A DNA stretch of 64,000 nucleotides from the human T2T-CHM13v2.0 reference genome, Homo sapiens (GCA_009914755.4 CP086569.2:5696001-5760000), one strand, 5' to 3'; positions 30,159-46,952 are shown, counted from the first letter of the stretch. Notes: a model not told the origin generated them from the sequence alone. Program-made: numbers and translations.

Positions 30159-31714
30159 CATTGGTCCAATATTGGGCCGTAAAGTTAGTATATTATAATT
30201 TAACCATAAACATATATGCACTTTTGTGTATTTCCTGATTATCTGCCCAAAAAGTCATCCTAGAAGAGGATCAACCACAAAAAAGTACATAAGCATTTTA
30301 AAATATAATTTCAACAATGCAAGAGTTTTTGGTGTATTTATATACCAATTTATGTAATCACAGTAACAGGGTACCAGGTATTTTGTCTGTATATATTGAT
30401 ACAAATATGATGTGTATCATTCTCCTTTTCCACTTGACAATCTATCTCAGAGACCTTTCAATTTCAGTAGGTATAAATGTAGTTTGTTATTTTTAAATAT
30501 CATATAACACTGAATAAAATATATATACCATGTTTAATATGGTGACTGTCATAGTGTTGGATATTTACACATTTCCTCTTTGTTTGTTATTATAATCTTT
30601 TGTTTCAGATTCATAAACTGATTTCCAAAAGGCTGAAGCAATTTAGATGGTAAGTACTACCATATGTTTATGGGGCTGACTATCTCATATACCCTTGCCA
30701 ATTGTTTTAACATAAATTTATTTTATTATAAACAATGTTGAATATTTCATTGGCTTATGACCATTTATATTTCTTTTTTATTAATTATTTATATTTCTTA
30801 CCACAAAATAACACTCTTTATATATCAGTTAGTTAATTTTGACACCTAAAATGATCATGATTGACCCTGCATATTGGTGATCAATAGTGCTAGTGGCTGA
30901 GTTGTAATTAGGAAAGTCAAGAATTAACAAAGAGATTATACTTCTGTGCATGAGGACCAGAAAATGAAGAGCTCTGAGATTAGGGATAGACTTCAATGAG
31001 AAGGTTTCCACACAGGAATGAATAGTTCAGTTCAGTATGGCTGATATATGGATCTAGTGCATTAGAAATATGATAAATAATCTTAGAAAAGTAGTTAGGG
31101 ACCATATTGTGGAGAGCCATAAATTCAAGATTAAAAGTCTTTTTCCACCCTATGGTAAATAAAAAGCAGAAAGTGCATTAGAACTGTGCTGTAGAAACAT
31201 TAATCTCTTCAGTCCTAAATTGGAGTCAGGAAAGGAGTCCTGCTACTAATAAAAAAAAAGAAAACAAATCTGAAGTGGTAGAAGTAAAAATCTTGTTTAC
31301 TTGCAACTGATTTGATGTGAGAAGTGGGGTGAGGTGTGAAAAAAATCAAAAATGATTATAAGGGTTGGGGTGAGGACGATGACAATAAAATCAGTTAAAA
31401 AAAATGGTAAGGGAAATCGTGAGCTACAGCAAAGCAAAGTAGTTAAGGCCAAGAACTGTAGCGCTAGATTGCTCAATCTAAAATCCTGGCTCTACTATTT
31501 GCCAGCTGTGTGATCACAGCCACTAAAACTTTCTGTGGCTCCGTTTTTCCATCTCTAAAATAGGAATGATTTTAAGAAATAGTATCTTCAGAAGGTTGTT
31601 GCAAGAATGTACCCCTTAATTTATGTAAAGCACCTAGAACACTGCTTGGCACTTTACTATTATTTACTGGTTTTTAAAGAAAGATGACCTCACTAAAAAC
31701 TGATGAAGATCTTA

Positions 31715-32695
31715 ACAGATACCTCCATAAAAAATACATATGAAAAATAAACACATGAAAAGATATTCCACATCATATGTCATCAGGGAAATGAAAAGTA
31801 AAACAACAGTGAGATACCACTACACACCTATTAGATTGGCCAAAATTCAGAACACTGACAGCACCAAATGCTGGTGAGGATGGAGACCAACAGGAACTCT
31901 CATTCATTGCTGATGGGAATGCAAAATTGTGCAACCACTTAGGAAGACAGTTTGGCAGTTTCTTACCAAAGTAAACATACTCTTATCATATGATCTATCA
32001 ATCACACTCCTTGATATTTACCCAAAGAGTTGGAAATGTGTATCCACACAAAAACCTGCCCATGGATGTTTATAAGTAGATTTGTTTATGATTACCAGAA
32101 CTTAGATGCAACCAAGATGTTCTTCAGTAGATGGATGAATAAATAAACTGCCACACATGCATACATTGGAATATTGTCCAAGGCTAAAAATAAATGAGCT
32201 ATCAAGCCATGAGAAGACATGGAGGAAACCTAAATGTGTAATACTAAGTGAAAGAGGCCAACCTGAAAAGGCTACATATTCTATGATTCCCACATATTTT
32301 ATGATTCTAAATATGGAAAAGGCAATACTACTGAGATGGTAAAAATATTAGTGGTTTCAAGGAGTTAGAGGGCAGGGAGGGATCAATAGGTAGAGCACAG
32401 ATAATTTTTAGGGCAGTAAAACTACTCACTCAATGTAATACTATGATGGTGGAACCATGTCATAATAAATTTGCCCAAACCCATAGAATTCCCACCACCA
32501 ACAGTTGACCCTAATTTAAACTATGTACTCTGGTGATAATGATGTTTTAATGTAAGTTCATCAATTGTAACAAATGTACCACTGTGATGGGGGATATTGA
32601 TAATGGTAGAGAGAGTGCATATATGGTACACAGAGTATATGGGAACTCTCTGTACCTTCCACTTAATTTTGCGATGAACCTAAAACTCTAAAAAA
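31715..32695 (+). mobile_element. Ancient L1M 3' end: ORF2 C-terminus and 3'UTR
   Basis: IICHQGNEK.NNSEIPLHTY.IGQNSEH.QHQMLVRMETNRNSHSLLMGMQNCATT.EDSLAVSYQSKHTL, matching the [19 protein letters not shown]...CWRGCGE region. Confidence 0.7.
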
Positions 32696-32880
32696 TATAG
32701 TCTATTGGTAAAGCTTTCAATTGTATTTTGAAATTACTTCATTAGTTTTTTCAATTCCAGATGCTCTGATGAATTCCTTTTTAAAGTGTCTATCTTTTCC
32801 TTCATTTCCTTCATTTCCCTGATTGCTTTAGAACTTTTTTGTGTTGATTTTCAAACTTCTCCTGGATCTTATTGAGTCTC

Positions 32881-34905
<2,025 letters not shown>

Positions 34906-37819
34906 AAGATGACATTTTAAGTTTTAAAATGTTGAGTTTATTAATTATTCAGGTATGAGGAGTTAAAAATGGTTTCCAAAGCTCAAATTATAAGAAGGGC
35001 TTGATATACAATTTGGGGTCAATTTTATAGGTATAACTGAAGCACTCTAGCAGTGAATGGAATAAACACAGGAAAAGAAAGAAAAAGTAAAGAGGGGCAA
35101 AGTGAGAAAAGGGTAAAGTTGAGAGAGTATTTAAATTTATGAAGTCGAAGACCATGGAGAAGAAGACACAGACAAAGATCAGTAAAATTGTTAAGAAAAC
35201 TAATAGGATGATGAAGACTCAGACAAACAAGAGAAAAATTTTACAAGAAAAGGTCAGACAACAGTATGAATGGCTGCAGAGAGCATGGGCTTTTTTTTTT
35301 CTTTATATTTTGGAAGCCCTTGAGTTTTCAGAGCTTCTATCCACATACAAGAATCTCTTCTGGAGACCTGATCAAGCCTACTTTAAACTGGGTTTCTATT
35401 TCAATGAAGTTCACTACCAAGACGTTTTTATCTCCCCTGAGGGTTACAGCAACTAGCAAAGTTCTCCTGGGTAGATGTGACCATGATCTATATCTGCTTA
35501 CAAAAATGAGGAGGAAATACAGCCATCCTTGTACTATTTGGATTATAAAAATGCTGTGTTATGGTTTTACTGAAAGTGGCTCTCCAAGTTCAGAAAGATA
35601 ATTCATTCCTCCTCTTGGTCCTAGGGAATAGACTGCCACTAGAACTTAGAGAGTTATCAGAATAGATGACAGGTGCAAACATAAGTGTTAAGGGGAAAAG
35701 AATGCATTAAATCTCTTGTGAAAATAATCCAATGAAAAGTTCAATTATTCAGGATGAATTTTTTGAATTTCTCCTTCCGTAGTTGGGCATTAGAGCAGGA
35801 ATGGATAAAATCAGAAAAGATAGTCGGTATAGGAAATTCTTAGTATAAGCTAATTCATTACAATTTCAGGGGCCTTTAACACCTCACTAACAGCTTGCCT
35901 GAAGGTTAGCATTTACTGTTTTGAACTGCCAACATCTTGCTTTTATGGGAAACATTTATATGCTAAATTGTCTATTATGTTAAGCTGTAAGTTGTCATTT
36001 AGCAGCATCAGAAATAAGATTTGACTATAAGTAGTTCTATTTTATTAGTGCTATGCCAGACTTCCTAACAGCTCAAAATTCCTAAAGGCTGAAATTGATT
36101 GCATCTTTTTCAGAAGGTGCTTGTCTAAAGGAATTTGTTATAAATAATACTACATTTGCATAGATTTGAAGTTTTCAGAACTGGGTCATCAGGAAAAGTG
36201 AAAAAAAATATTTTATTTGATCTTACCCTTAAGCAAATAATGTGACATATTTAAGCAATTATATCAAAAAAATAAAAGTACAATCAACTAATGACTATTC
36301 TTTTCTTAATGATTTGAGAGTCAATTAGCAGGAAACTCCAGGGAAATGGATGTTGAGTAATAATGTGGTATTAAAAACATTCTCACATATACAGAGAGTT
36401 GCCAGGCATTCCTATGGTTCATTAGAGTTCACAACTCTATTGACCATTATATAATATAAAAAACTTAACAAAGAAAATTCAATATGTCAAATCTCAATTT
36501 GATGTAGAAAGGTAGAAAGAATATTGCTTAAATGCATACATTGAAAAGCAAATTGAGAAATTCTAGTCAGAAATATAATTTCCACACATGGTAGATAGAA
36601 TAGGTTAAAAATATGTTCCACTTAGGAAACACTATGCCACCCACCATTTTTCCACACTTCTTTCAGAATCTTTTTCTTCTATACTTAAAATGTATTGGCT
36701 TTAAAATACAAGGTGAACATAACATTTATAAATCAAGCCATAGCATTTTAACTAACATTTTGCATTTATGCATCATTGTATAAAGAATTTCATTGCCTTG
36801 AAGATCTTTTTTTTCCCTTCTATCAAAACCTTTGTATAGATTTTTCCCCCTTACTATTGAAAGCATTAGCTATATAAGAAAAACTAAATAAAGTAAAACA
36901 AATATTTATTGAGCACATAATATGTATCATATACTAGGTTAGCTTCTATTGGGCAGATTGCTCACCACTCTATCATTTGTTTTGTCCCTTTCCATTTGGT
37001 CATAGCTATTTAATATAGATTGGATTAACCCTATACCCAGTAACAACAGTGGGAACTTATTTTTTCAAGTAATTTATTTTGCCAATATTACTTGTTCAGT
37101 GTGGGTACATAGAAAGTGTCTTTGCAAAGATTTTAACAGTGAAAAAATTATGGCAGTGAAAGAAGGTCTGGACTATCCAACTCCATCTGGCCTCCAACCT
37201 CCAAACTTCCTTTGTTCATACCTGGGTGTAGGCCGACTTAAGTTTGGGAGGAATTTAGTTTATAGTTTAACTTTAAAACAAATATAACTGTCCTTACCCA
37301 AAACACATGCCCTCCTTACTTGGGGACAAAACTGCCTTTATAAAACCAACAAATTAGCCAGAAGACTAGAAATTATGGCTCAGGAGTCATGCAGCCAGAG
37401 GCCACAAGATTCCTAACCTCACGATTGATCCTATAGATAACATTACTATTATAAAATCTAAGATTTGTGTTTAAGGTAGTTTTCAGATCTTGCATTTTGT
37501 TGGATAAGTTGGTGTCACTCAGAATGGTAAACTGGCTCATTTGTTGTTTTGTTTTATGCTCCCCACCCTCAGGAACCAACTCAATGCAAGAGGACAGCTT
37601 CAACACCCTATGATTTCATCCCCAACCCAACCAATCAGGATTCCCCATTTTCTAGCCCCCTGCCCACCAAACTTTGAATTTTGGGGGAGGATTATTTGAG
37701 TAATAATAAAACTCTGGTCTCTCAGCTAGCTCAACTCTTTCTCTATTGCAATTTCCCTTTCTTGGTTATCAGCTTTATCTGAGCAGTGGGGAAGGTAAGC
37801 CCATTGGGTGATTACAGTA

Positions 37820-38197
37820 TGTATTGGTTCATTTTCATACTGCTATAAAGAACTGCCTGAGACTAAGTAATTTATGAAGCAAAGAGGTTTAATTGACTAA
37901 CAGTTCAGCATGGCTGGGGAAGCCTCAGGAAACTTACAATCATGGCGGGAGGTGAAGGAGAAGCAAGGCAACTTCTTCACAAGGCAGTAGGAAGGAGAAG
38001 TGCTGAGCGAAGAGGGAAGAGCCCCTCATAAAACCATCAGATCTCATAAGAACTCACTCACTATCACAAGAACAGCATGGGGGAAACTGCCCCTGTGATT
38101 CAATTACCTCCACCTGGTTTCACCCTTGACATGTGGGGATTATGGAGATTATAATTCGAGATATGATTCAGGTGAGGCACAAAGCCTAACCATATCA
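37820..38197 (-). mobile_element. Solo ERVL-MaLR LTR (MST/THE1-like)
   Basis: tgtattggttcattttcatactgctataaagaactgcctgagactaagtaatttatgaagcaaagaggtttaattgactaacagttc...ttcaattacctccacctggtttcacccttgacatgtggggattatggagattataattcgagat...ctaaccatatca. Confidence 0.75.
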
Positions 38198-40795
38198 CAG
38201 CGTGACTGAGAAAATCTAATCATAAGACTTTTTGTTCATTATTTGGAGGAGAGGTGCCCTCATCTTTCATAAGAAAGCATGTAGACCTGGGGGCTGCTGT
38301 CTGACACCTCACTGCAATGAGAGTAGTCAGCCTGAGAATAAAGCCCACATGAGAGAAGGGAAGAGCCAAGAGAATTAAGAAAAACCTAGCTACAATCCTG
38401 GTAGTATCACACATCTCTGGATTCAACCAACCGTGCATCCCGTCCTAACTCTAAACCCATATATAATAATTACTTTTAAAATAATTTTGAATTGCCCTTT
38501 TATGACTTGTAAACCAAAGAAACTACCCTTCTCTTTGCGTCTCAGTCTTTCATTTGCTATTAATCTAACAGTATTTTAATGCCATTTCATGTATCTTTAG
38601 ATAATATTAATAGAAAGACAACAGTATTTTCAAGAAACACAAATAGAGAGAATCACCTGGTAGCAGTTATAGAATATTAGAAAAATTTCCTCGTTAACCT
38701 GAAAATTATAAAGTTAAAGAATTAGAATATTATCTGATTACAAAACTTACTTATGGAATCATGCACCCAGAAAGTTGCCAAGTGAGATTCCTGAAAGAAC
38801 TGCTATATCAGACACATACAATGATAGAGACATTGGATAATAGAATTGCAGAGATTCAAAGACATGACACCTGAGCATCCTTGCTCTTTTTCCTTTGTTC
38901 CAGTAATATCTGGTCTTATTTCTCCTCTAGCACTTACCCCATTTAGTTGTTTTTCCTCCACTGATCTATGAGCTCCTCAAGGTAAAGTCCGTCATATTTT
39001 GTTTTATGTTTTCAACTGTGACCACAATATATTGCACGTGGTAGACCCGTGGAAGTATTTTTGAATGGTTAAATGAATGAAGGTGCATTAACAGAGTCAT
39101 GTGAACATTCAGAGAAGTGAGAACTCCCAAGTACTAAATTGAACCTAGAAAGCATCCTATTTCTCATCATCACTCAGTACAGAGCATATAAAAAAACTAG
39201 TTTGAGCAACCTATTTTGGAAAAGTTTTATAAACAAATCTTTAATTGCTCACTAATAGGCCCAGGGGTTAAACATCTAAGAACCATATATTATTTTTAAA
39301 AGATAATTCTTGTTTCCTTTCAAAATACACTTATTTATATCATAGAAATAGAAATACATAACAGACAATTTGAGAAACACAAACAAGTCACTCATAATAA
39401 AATCACCCAAACATAGCCACTGATATTATGGAAATCATAGTGCACTTGTGCTTTTATAGGCTGTTTTTTTTTCTAATTTTATTTTGTATAATAAGCACTA
39501 TTCTGTTTTGCAATATAGCCTACAAAACTGTGTTTTTAATAATTAAAAATAGTATGTCCAGTGAATGTACAAAAAAAATTTATGTAGTGATACTCTATGT
39601 TGTTAAAGACTCAAATGCTTTCCAATTGGTCTTACTATAAATAATACTGTGATGAACAACCTCATCCATATGATAGTTTGATAAATAATGTCATAGGTTG
39701 TACTGTCAGATTGGAAGTATTAAGCATTCTAGGATTCCAAATATACATAGTTCCAAAATATTTCTAATAATTTACAATGATGTCAGCAATGTATAAGTGC
39801 ACCTGCTTTGCCACATTTCAGTAATGCAAATAAACATTTTCAAATATATGCTAATGTAATTGGTGAAAAGTAAAGACACTACATTATCATTTTAATTAAC
39901 TTTTTTCTAGTAGAGTTATTTTTTTCCATATATTTTCTCTTTACTGAATTATCTTTAGCTTTTGTAGCAGCCTTTGTTGACAGCCTGGAAATACCTTTTC
40001 ACAGCTACTGCCTGTGCTGCTAACAACTCTTATTTATAACCCTAACTGGAAGATTGTCTTTGAAAGATTGGAGCCAACTCCAGCAGAAGTGACTGAGTTG
40101 TGTCTTCCACCCAGATCAGCACTTAATTAGTGGAACAGGAGAACAAAACTCACTCCCTTGCCTCAAAAGATGATGGGGCCAAATGTGAGGTAAAATTTGC
40201 ATTTCAGATTTCCCTGTGGGATCAGACTGAGGCTGGACTTCATCTGGAAAACACATCTTTGCATAGCCTCTTTTATTTCCCTATCCTGCCTCCCTCAATT
40301 CCTTATAGGTATCCCCTAAAAGCAGTCCTTAAAAAATAATCTCCCATTCCAGCATATGCTTTTAGGGAGCCCAACCTAAATATATATACTTTACATATTT
40401 ATGTAGTATGAGTTTAGTGTATATTTTTTAGGTCTTAATTTGTTTTTAATCTCCATTCCAGAATTTGGTAAATAGAGTTTTGTTTTCATACAGTATTTTA
40501 ATAGGAAAGCAGATCTATATGATTCTCTTAACACTTTTGGAATATAAATACTCTTTTTATTATTTTTTGTTTAAAAATATGAGATTTAATATGGGAAAAT
40601 ACAAAGATTTTAGAAGGATTGGAGAGTCTCATTGTAAATTTGTTATTCCACCACCACACACACACACACACAGAAAAAAAAAACAATAAAAACTTTCTTA
40701 CCCTGAAGCATTGTACAGCATAGTAAATAACATCTAATCACTCATCTGTTCAGGCCAAAATCTTCAAAGTCATTCTTGCTGCCTTTCTGTAACAT

Positions 40796-41168
40796 TGTAT
40801 TAGTCCGTTCTCTCATTGCTATAAAAAATGAAACTGGGTAATTTATGAAGAAAAGAGGTTTAATTGGCTCACGGTTCTGCAGGCAGGAAGCATGGCTTGG
40901 AAGGCCCCCAGAAACTTACCATCATGGTGGAAGGTGAAGATGAAAGAGGTACATCATACATTGTCAAAGCAGGAGGAGGGGGTAGGACAGGGATATACTT
41001 CTTTAAACAGACAGATATTGTGAAAACTCTCTCACTATAAAAAAAAATAAACAGCAAGGGGCATATCCACCCCCATGATCCAATCACCTTTCACTCAGCC
41101 CCTCCTTCAACATTATGATTAAAATTTGACATGAGATTTGGACAGGAACACAGGCACAAACCCTATCA
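40796..41168 (-). mobile_element. 3' LTR (left, antisense) of a full-length ERVL-MaLR (THE1/MST-like) element
   Basis: tgtattagtccgttctctcattgctataaaaaatgaaactgggtaatttatgaagaaaagaggtttaattggctcacggttc...gacatgagatttggacaggaacacaggcacaaaccctatca. Roughly 80% similar to the other LTR at 42797-43185. Confidence 0.8.
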
Positions 41169-42796
41169 TTCCACCCCTGGTTCTCCCCAAATCTTATGTC
41201 CTTCTCACATTTCAAAACACAATTATGCCTTCCCAACAGTCCCCCAAAGTCTTAACTTATTCCAGCATTAACTCAAATGTCCAAAGTCTAAAGTCTTATC
41301 TGAGACAAAGCAAGTCCCTTCAGCCTATGAGCCTCTAAAATCAAAAGCAACTTAGCTACTTCCTAGATACAATGGGGGTACAGGTATTGGGTAAATACAC
41401 CTATTCCAAAAGGGACAAATTGGCCAAAACAAAGGGGCTACAGGTTCCATGCAAGTCTGAAACCCAGCAGGGCAATCATCAAATCTTAAAACTCCAAAAT
41501 GATCTCCTTTAACTCCATGTCTCACATCCAGGACACACTAATTCAAGGCATGGGCTCTCAAAGCCTTGGACATCTCCACTTCTGTGGCTCTTCAGGGTAA
41601 AGCCACTTTGGTTGGTTTCTTGGGCTGGCATTGAGTGTCTGTGGCTTTTTCAGGTGCACAGTGCAAGCTGTTGGCAGTTCTACCATTCTGAGGTCTGGAA
41701 GATGGTTGCCCTCTTCTCATAGCTCCACTAGGCAGTGCTCCAGTGGGGACTCTATGTGTGGGCTCCAATCCCACATTTCCTCTTCACACTGCTCTAGTAG
41801 AGGTTCTCCATGAGGGCTCTGCCCCTGCAGCAGACTTCTGCCTGGACATCCAGGCATTTCTATACATCCTCTGAAATCTAGGCAGTGGCTTCCAAGCCTT
41901 AACTTTTGCCCTCTGTGCACCCACAGGTTTAACATCACGTGAAAGCCATCAAGGCTTATGGCTTGCACCCTCTAAAGCAGTGGCTTGGATGTACCTGGAG
42001 CCCTTTGAGCCACAGCTGGAGCTGAAGGAACTGGGATAGAGGCAGCAGTGCCCCAAGGTTGTGCAATGCAGAAGAGCATTGGGCCTGGCCCACAAAACCA
42101 ATGTTTCCTCTTAGGCCTTTGCGCCTGAGATGGCAGGGGCTGCCAGGAAGGTTTCTGAAGTTCCTTCAAGGTATTTTCCCCATTGTCTTTGCTATTATTA
42201 TTCAGCTCCTCTTTACTTATGTAAATTTCCCTAGCAGGCTTAAATTATTCCCCAGAAAATGAATTTCCCTCTCTGACAATTTGTTCAAACTGCAAATTTT
42301 CCAAACTTTTATATTGTACCTCCCTTTTAAATATATGTTTCAGTTTCAGATCATTTCATTGCTAAGGCATATGAGCACATGTTGTTAGAAGCTGCCAGTC
42401 ACTTCTTGAACACTTTGCAGCTTGGAAATTTCTTTTGCCAGATACTATAAATCATCTCTGTCAACTTCAAAGTTCCACGGATACCTACAGCAGGGGCACG
42501 ATGCTTCCAGGCTCTTTGCTAAAGAATAGAAAGGATGACTTTTAGTCCAGTTCCCAATATAATCCTCGTCTTAATCTGAGACCACTTCAGCCTGGACTTG
42601 TTTGTCCATATCACTATCAGCATTTTGGTCACAACAATTTAATAAGTCTCAAGGAAGTTCCAAATTTTCCTCATTTTTCTATCTTCTTCTGAGCCCTCCA
42701 AACTGTTTCAACCTCTGCCCATTACTAGGTTCCAAAGTGGCCTCTGCATTTTCAGGTATCTTTATAGGAATGCCTGACTTTCTGCCTCTGATTTTC
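41169..42796 (-). mobile_element. ERVL-MaLR internal region (about 1.63 kb) between the two LTRs, non-coding and degenerate
   Basis: Length and position fit a THE1/MST internal sequence. I believe I recognise this as the MaLR-internal consensus (ccccaaatcttatgtccttctcacatttcaaaacac...aaattttccaaacttttatattgtacctcccttttaaatat). The small ORFs here are spurious. Confidence 0.65.
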
Positions 42797-43185
42797 TGTA
42801 TTGAGCAATGTGAGTCCATTCTTGCTTTGCTATAAGAAACTGAGACCAGGTAATTTATAAAGAAAAGAGATTTAATTGGCTTATGGTTCTTTAGGCTGTA
42901 TAGGAAGCATGGCTCGGGATGCCTCCGGGAACTTAAAATCATGGCAGAAGGTGAAGATGAAGGAGACATGTCTTACATGGCCAAAGCGGGAGAAAGAGGG
43001 AGCAGGAGGAAGTGCTACAAACTTTTAAACAACCAGATCTCATGAGAACTCACTCACTGTCATGAGAACAGCAAGGAGAAAAGAGACTCCAATGATTCAA
43101 TCATCTCCCACTAGGCCCCTCTACCAACTTTAGGATTACAAATCTACATGAGATTTGGGTGGAGACCTAGACCCAAACCATATCA
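42797..43185 (-). mobile_element. 5' LTR (right, antisense) of the full-length ERVL-MaLR element
   Basis: tgtattgagcaatgtgagtccattcttgctttgctataagaaactgagaccaggtaatttataaagaaaagagatttaattggcttatggttc...catgagatttgggtggagacctagacccaaaccatatca. Confidence 0.8.
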
Positions 43186-46100
43186 CACACCTAATATCAA
43201 ATCCATCAGCCACTATTTCTAGCATCTGTTAACCATCTTTCTACCCTCTCTGCCCATGAGTTCAATTATTTTTATTTTTAAATCCCACAAATAAGTGAGA
43301 ACATGAGATGATTTTCTTTCCATGCCTGTCTTACTCAACATAATTATCTCTAGATCCATCCATGTTCTCACAAATGCCTGAATCTCATTTTTTATGCACC
43401 ATTTTTTATAAGTTCCCCATTTTACTATCCATTAATCTTTTGATGGCACTTAGGTTGCTTCCAAATCTTGGCTATTGTGAACGGTACTGCAACAAACATG
43501 TGAATGCAGATATCTCTTTTACATATTGATTTTCCTTATTTTTGGATGTATGCCCAGCAGTAAGATTGCTGGATCATATGGTAGCTCTATTTTTAGTTTT
43601 TTTGTGGAACCTCCATGCTGTTTCTTTATAGTGGCTGTGGTAATTTACATTCCAATCAACAGTGTATGAGGATTCTCTTTTCTCCACATCCTTGCCAGCA
43701 TTTGTTACTGCCTGTCTTTTGAATATAAGCCATTTTACCTGGGGCGAAATGATACCTCATTGTAGTTTTCATTTGCATTTTTCTGATGATCAGTGATGGT
43801 GAGCACGTTTTCATATGCCTGCATGCCATTTGTATGTCTTCTTTTGAGAAATGTCTATTTAAATCTTTTACTCATTTTTGATTGAATTATTATATATTTT
43901 CCTATAAAGCTGTTTGAGTTCCTTTTATATATATGTATGTATATATACAGTATAAAACCAGTATATATATATACTGGTTATGAATCCATTGCCAGTTGGG
44001 GAGTTTGCAAATATTTTTTCCCTTTCTATGGGTTGTCTCTTCACTTTGTTGATTATTTCCTTTGCTATGCAGAAGGTTTTTAACTTGAGGTCATCCAATT
44101 TGTCTACACTTGCTTTGGTTGCTGGTGTTTGTGGTGTATTACTCAGTAAATCTTTGCACAGACTAATGTGTTGGAGAATTTTTCCAAAGTTTTCTTGTAG
44201 TAGTTTCAAAGTTTGAGATCTTAAAGTATTTAATCTATTTTAATTTTATTTTTGTATACCATGAGAGATGGGGTTCAAGTTTCCTTCTTCTCCATATGGA
44301 TGTCCAATTTTCCCAGCACATTTATTGAAGAGAGTATCTTTTCTCTAGCACATGGTCTTGGCACCTTTGTAAAAAATTAGTTTACTGCAGGTTTGTAGAT
44401 TTGTTTCTGGGTTATCTATTCTGTTCCATTGATCTATGTGTCTGTTTTTATGCCAGTACCATTCTGTTTTGGTTACTATAAGCTCTGTAGTATAATTTGA
44501 AATCAGGCAATTTGATTCCTCTAGTTTGTTGTTGATGTTGTTTTTTACTTACTTAGCTGTGACTATTCTGAATATTTTGTGACTGCATATAAATTTTAGG
44601 ATGGTGTTTTCTTTTTCTTGAAGAATGTATTTGGTATTTTGATAGGGGTTGCTTTAAATCTGTAGATGTTTTTGGATAGCATGGACATTTTAATAAAATT
44701 GATTCTTCCAATCCAGGAAAATGGAATATTTTTTCATGTCTTTGGTTTCCTATTCAATTTCTTTCATCGGTGTTTTATAGTTTTCATTATCATAGAGATC
44801 ATTCACATCTTCTGTTAATTCCTAGGTATTTAATTTTATTTGTGACTATTGTAATTGGGATTACTTTTTATTTTCTCTTTCACAATTTTTACCATTGGCA
44901 TATAAAAATGCTACTAATTTTTGTACATTGATTTTGTATCCTGAAACTTAACTGAATTTATTAGTTCTAATCATTGTTTTTGTGGAGTCTTTGGGTTTTT
45001 CCAAATATAAAATCATAACATCTGCAAACAAGAAAAAATTGACTTCATCCTTTGCAATTTCGATGTCCTTTATATCTTTCTCTTGTCTGATTGCTCTAGC
45101 TAGGGGTTCCAGTACTATGTTTAATAACAAAGGGTGAAAGTGGGTGTCTTTATTGTGTTTCCAATCTAAGAGGAAAGGCTTTCAGTTTTTCCCCATTCAG
45201 ACTTAAACCATATCAATTTTGAAGGAAAGGCTTTCAATTTTCTCCTACACAGACCCAAACCATATCATTAGTTATGGTTACAGAAGCATAACTATGGTTC
45301 TATAATATATGACTTTTATTGTGTTGATGTATGTTCCTTCTATCCCCAGTTTTTTGAGAGTTTTTATCATGAAGAGATGCTAAATTTTATCAAATGCTTT
45401 TTCAGTATCAATATTAATGCTAATACAGTTGTTGTCCATCTTTCTGTTCATATGACGTGTCACATTGATTGATTTGCTTGTGTTGAACCATTCTTGCATT
45501 CCAGGGATAAACTGGACTTGGTCATGATGAACTATCTTTTTAATGTATTGTTGAATTTGATTTGCTAGCATTTTGTTGAAGATATTTGCATCAATATTCA
45601 TCAGAGATATTGGCCTACAGTTTTCTTCTTTTATGTATCTTTGGTTTTTGTATCAGAGTAATACTGACCTTGTATAAGGAGTTTAGAAGTAGTTCTTCCT
45701 CTATTTTTCAGAATCATTTGAGTAGAATTGGTATTATTTTCTAAATGTTTGGTAGAATTCAGTAGTGAAGCCATTGAGTTCCAAGCTTTTCTTTACTAAG
45801 AGACTTCTTATTATGGCTTCTATCTTGTATCATGTCATTGGGCTGCTTAGATTTTTTATTTCTTTATGGTTCAATCTGAGTAGGTTTTATGTGTCTAGGA
45901 ATTAGTGCATTTCTTCTCGATTTCCCAATTCATTGGCATATAGTTGCTCATAGTAGCCACAAATTATCCTTTGAATTTCTGCAGTATCAGTTGTAATATC
46001 TTCTTTCTCATCTCTTATTTTATTCGAATCTTACCTTTTTGTCTTTGTCTGGCTAAAGGTTTGTCAATTTTGTTTAGCTTTTCCAAAAATCAGCTTCTTG

Positions 46101-46952
46101 TTTCATTCATGCTTTGTATTGTTTCCTTCATTTTAAATTCATTTATTTCTGCTTTAATCTTTATTATTTCCTTTCTTCCACTAATTTTGGGTTTGGTTTG
46201 GTTTGCTCTTGCTTTTCTAGTTTTTTAAGCTGCATCATTAGGTTATTTACTTAAAGTTTTTCTTCTTTTTTGATGTTTGCACTGATAGCTATGAACTGCC
46301 CTCCTAGTACTGCTTTTCCTGCATCCCATAAGGTTTGGTATGCTGTGTTTTCATTATCATTTGTTTCTAGAAATTTTTCTATTTTCTGCTTATTTTCTTC
46401 ATTGACCCACTGGTCATTCAGGGACATCTTTTTAAATGTCCATTTATTTGCCCAGTTTCTGAATTCTTCTTGGTATTAATTGCTAGTTTTATTTCATGTG
46501 GTCAGAGAAGATGCTTGATATTATTTTAATTTGTTTTGAAAGTTTTAAGACTTGCTTTGTGACCTAACATATGGTCTATTCTTCAGAATTATCTAAGTGC
46601 TGAGAAAAGAATGTATATTTTGCAGCTGTTAGATAAAACGTTTTGTAAATATGTATTCAATTTTGTAAATATTAATTGGTCTACAGTGCACGTTAAATCC
46701 AATGTTTCTTGGTTGACTTTCTGTTTGAAAGATCTGTCCAATACTGAAAGTGGGGCATTATGGTAATGAGGCCTATCTCTCACTTTAGCTCTAATAATAT
46801 TTGCATTATGTATCTGGGTGCTCCATTGTTGGGTGCATATATATTTACAATTGTTACATCCTCTTGCTGAATTGACCCCTTTTTCGTTATATAGTGAGCT
46901 TCTTTGTCGCTGCTTATAGTTTTTGTCTTGAAATCTATTTTGAATTTTTACT

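Noticed and set aside
35139-35601. Lysine-rich ORFs (105 and 111 aa) in non-repetitive sequence
   Set aside because: Low-complexity purine-rich stretch (KTQTKISKIVKKTNRMMKTQTNKRK) with no recognisable domain, no Kozak, splice or exon structure I can support, and overlapping alternative frames. Treated as spurious, though a BLASTX would be decisive.
37380-37800. Possible LTR-like segment (aataaaactctggtctctcagctagctcaac, upstream of the MaLR solo LTR)
   Set aside because: Only a poly-A-signal-like motif and general LTR flavour. No termini or family identified.
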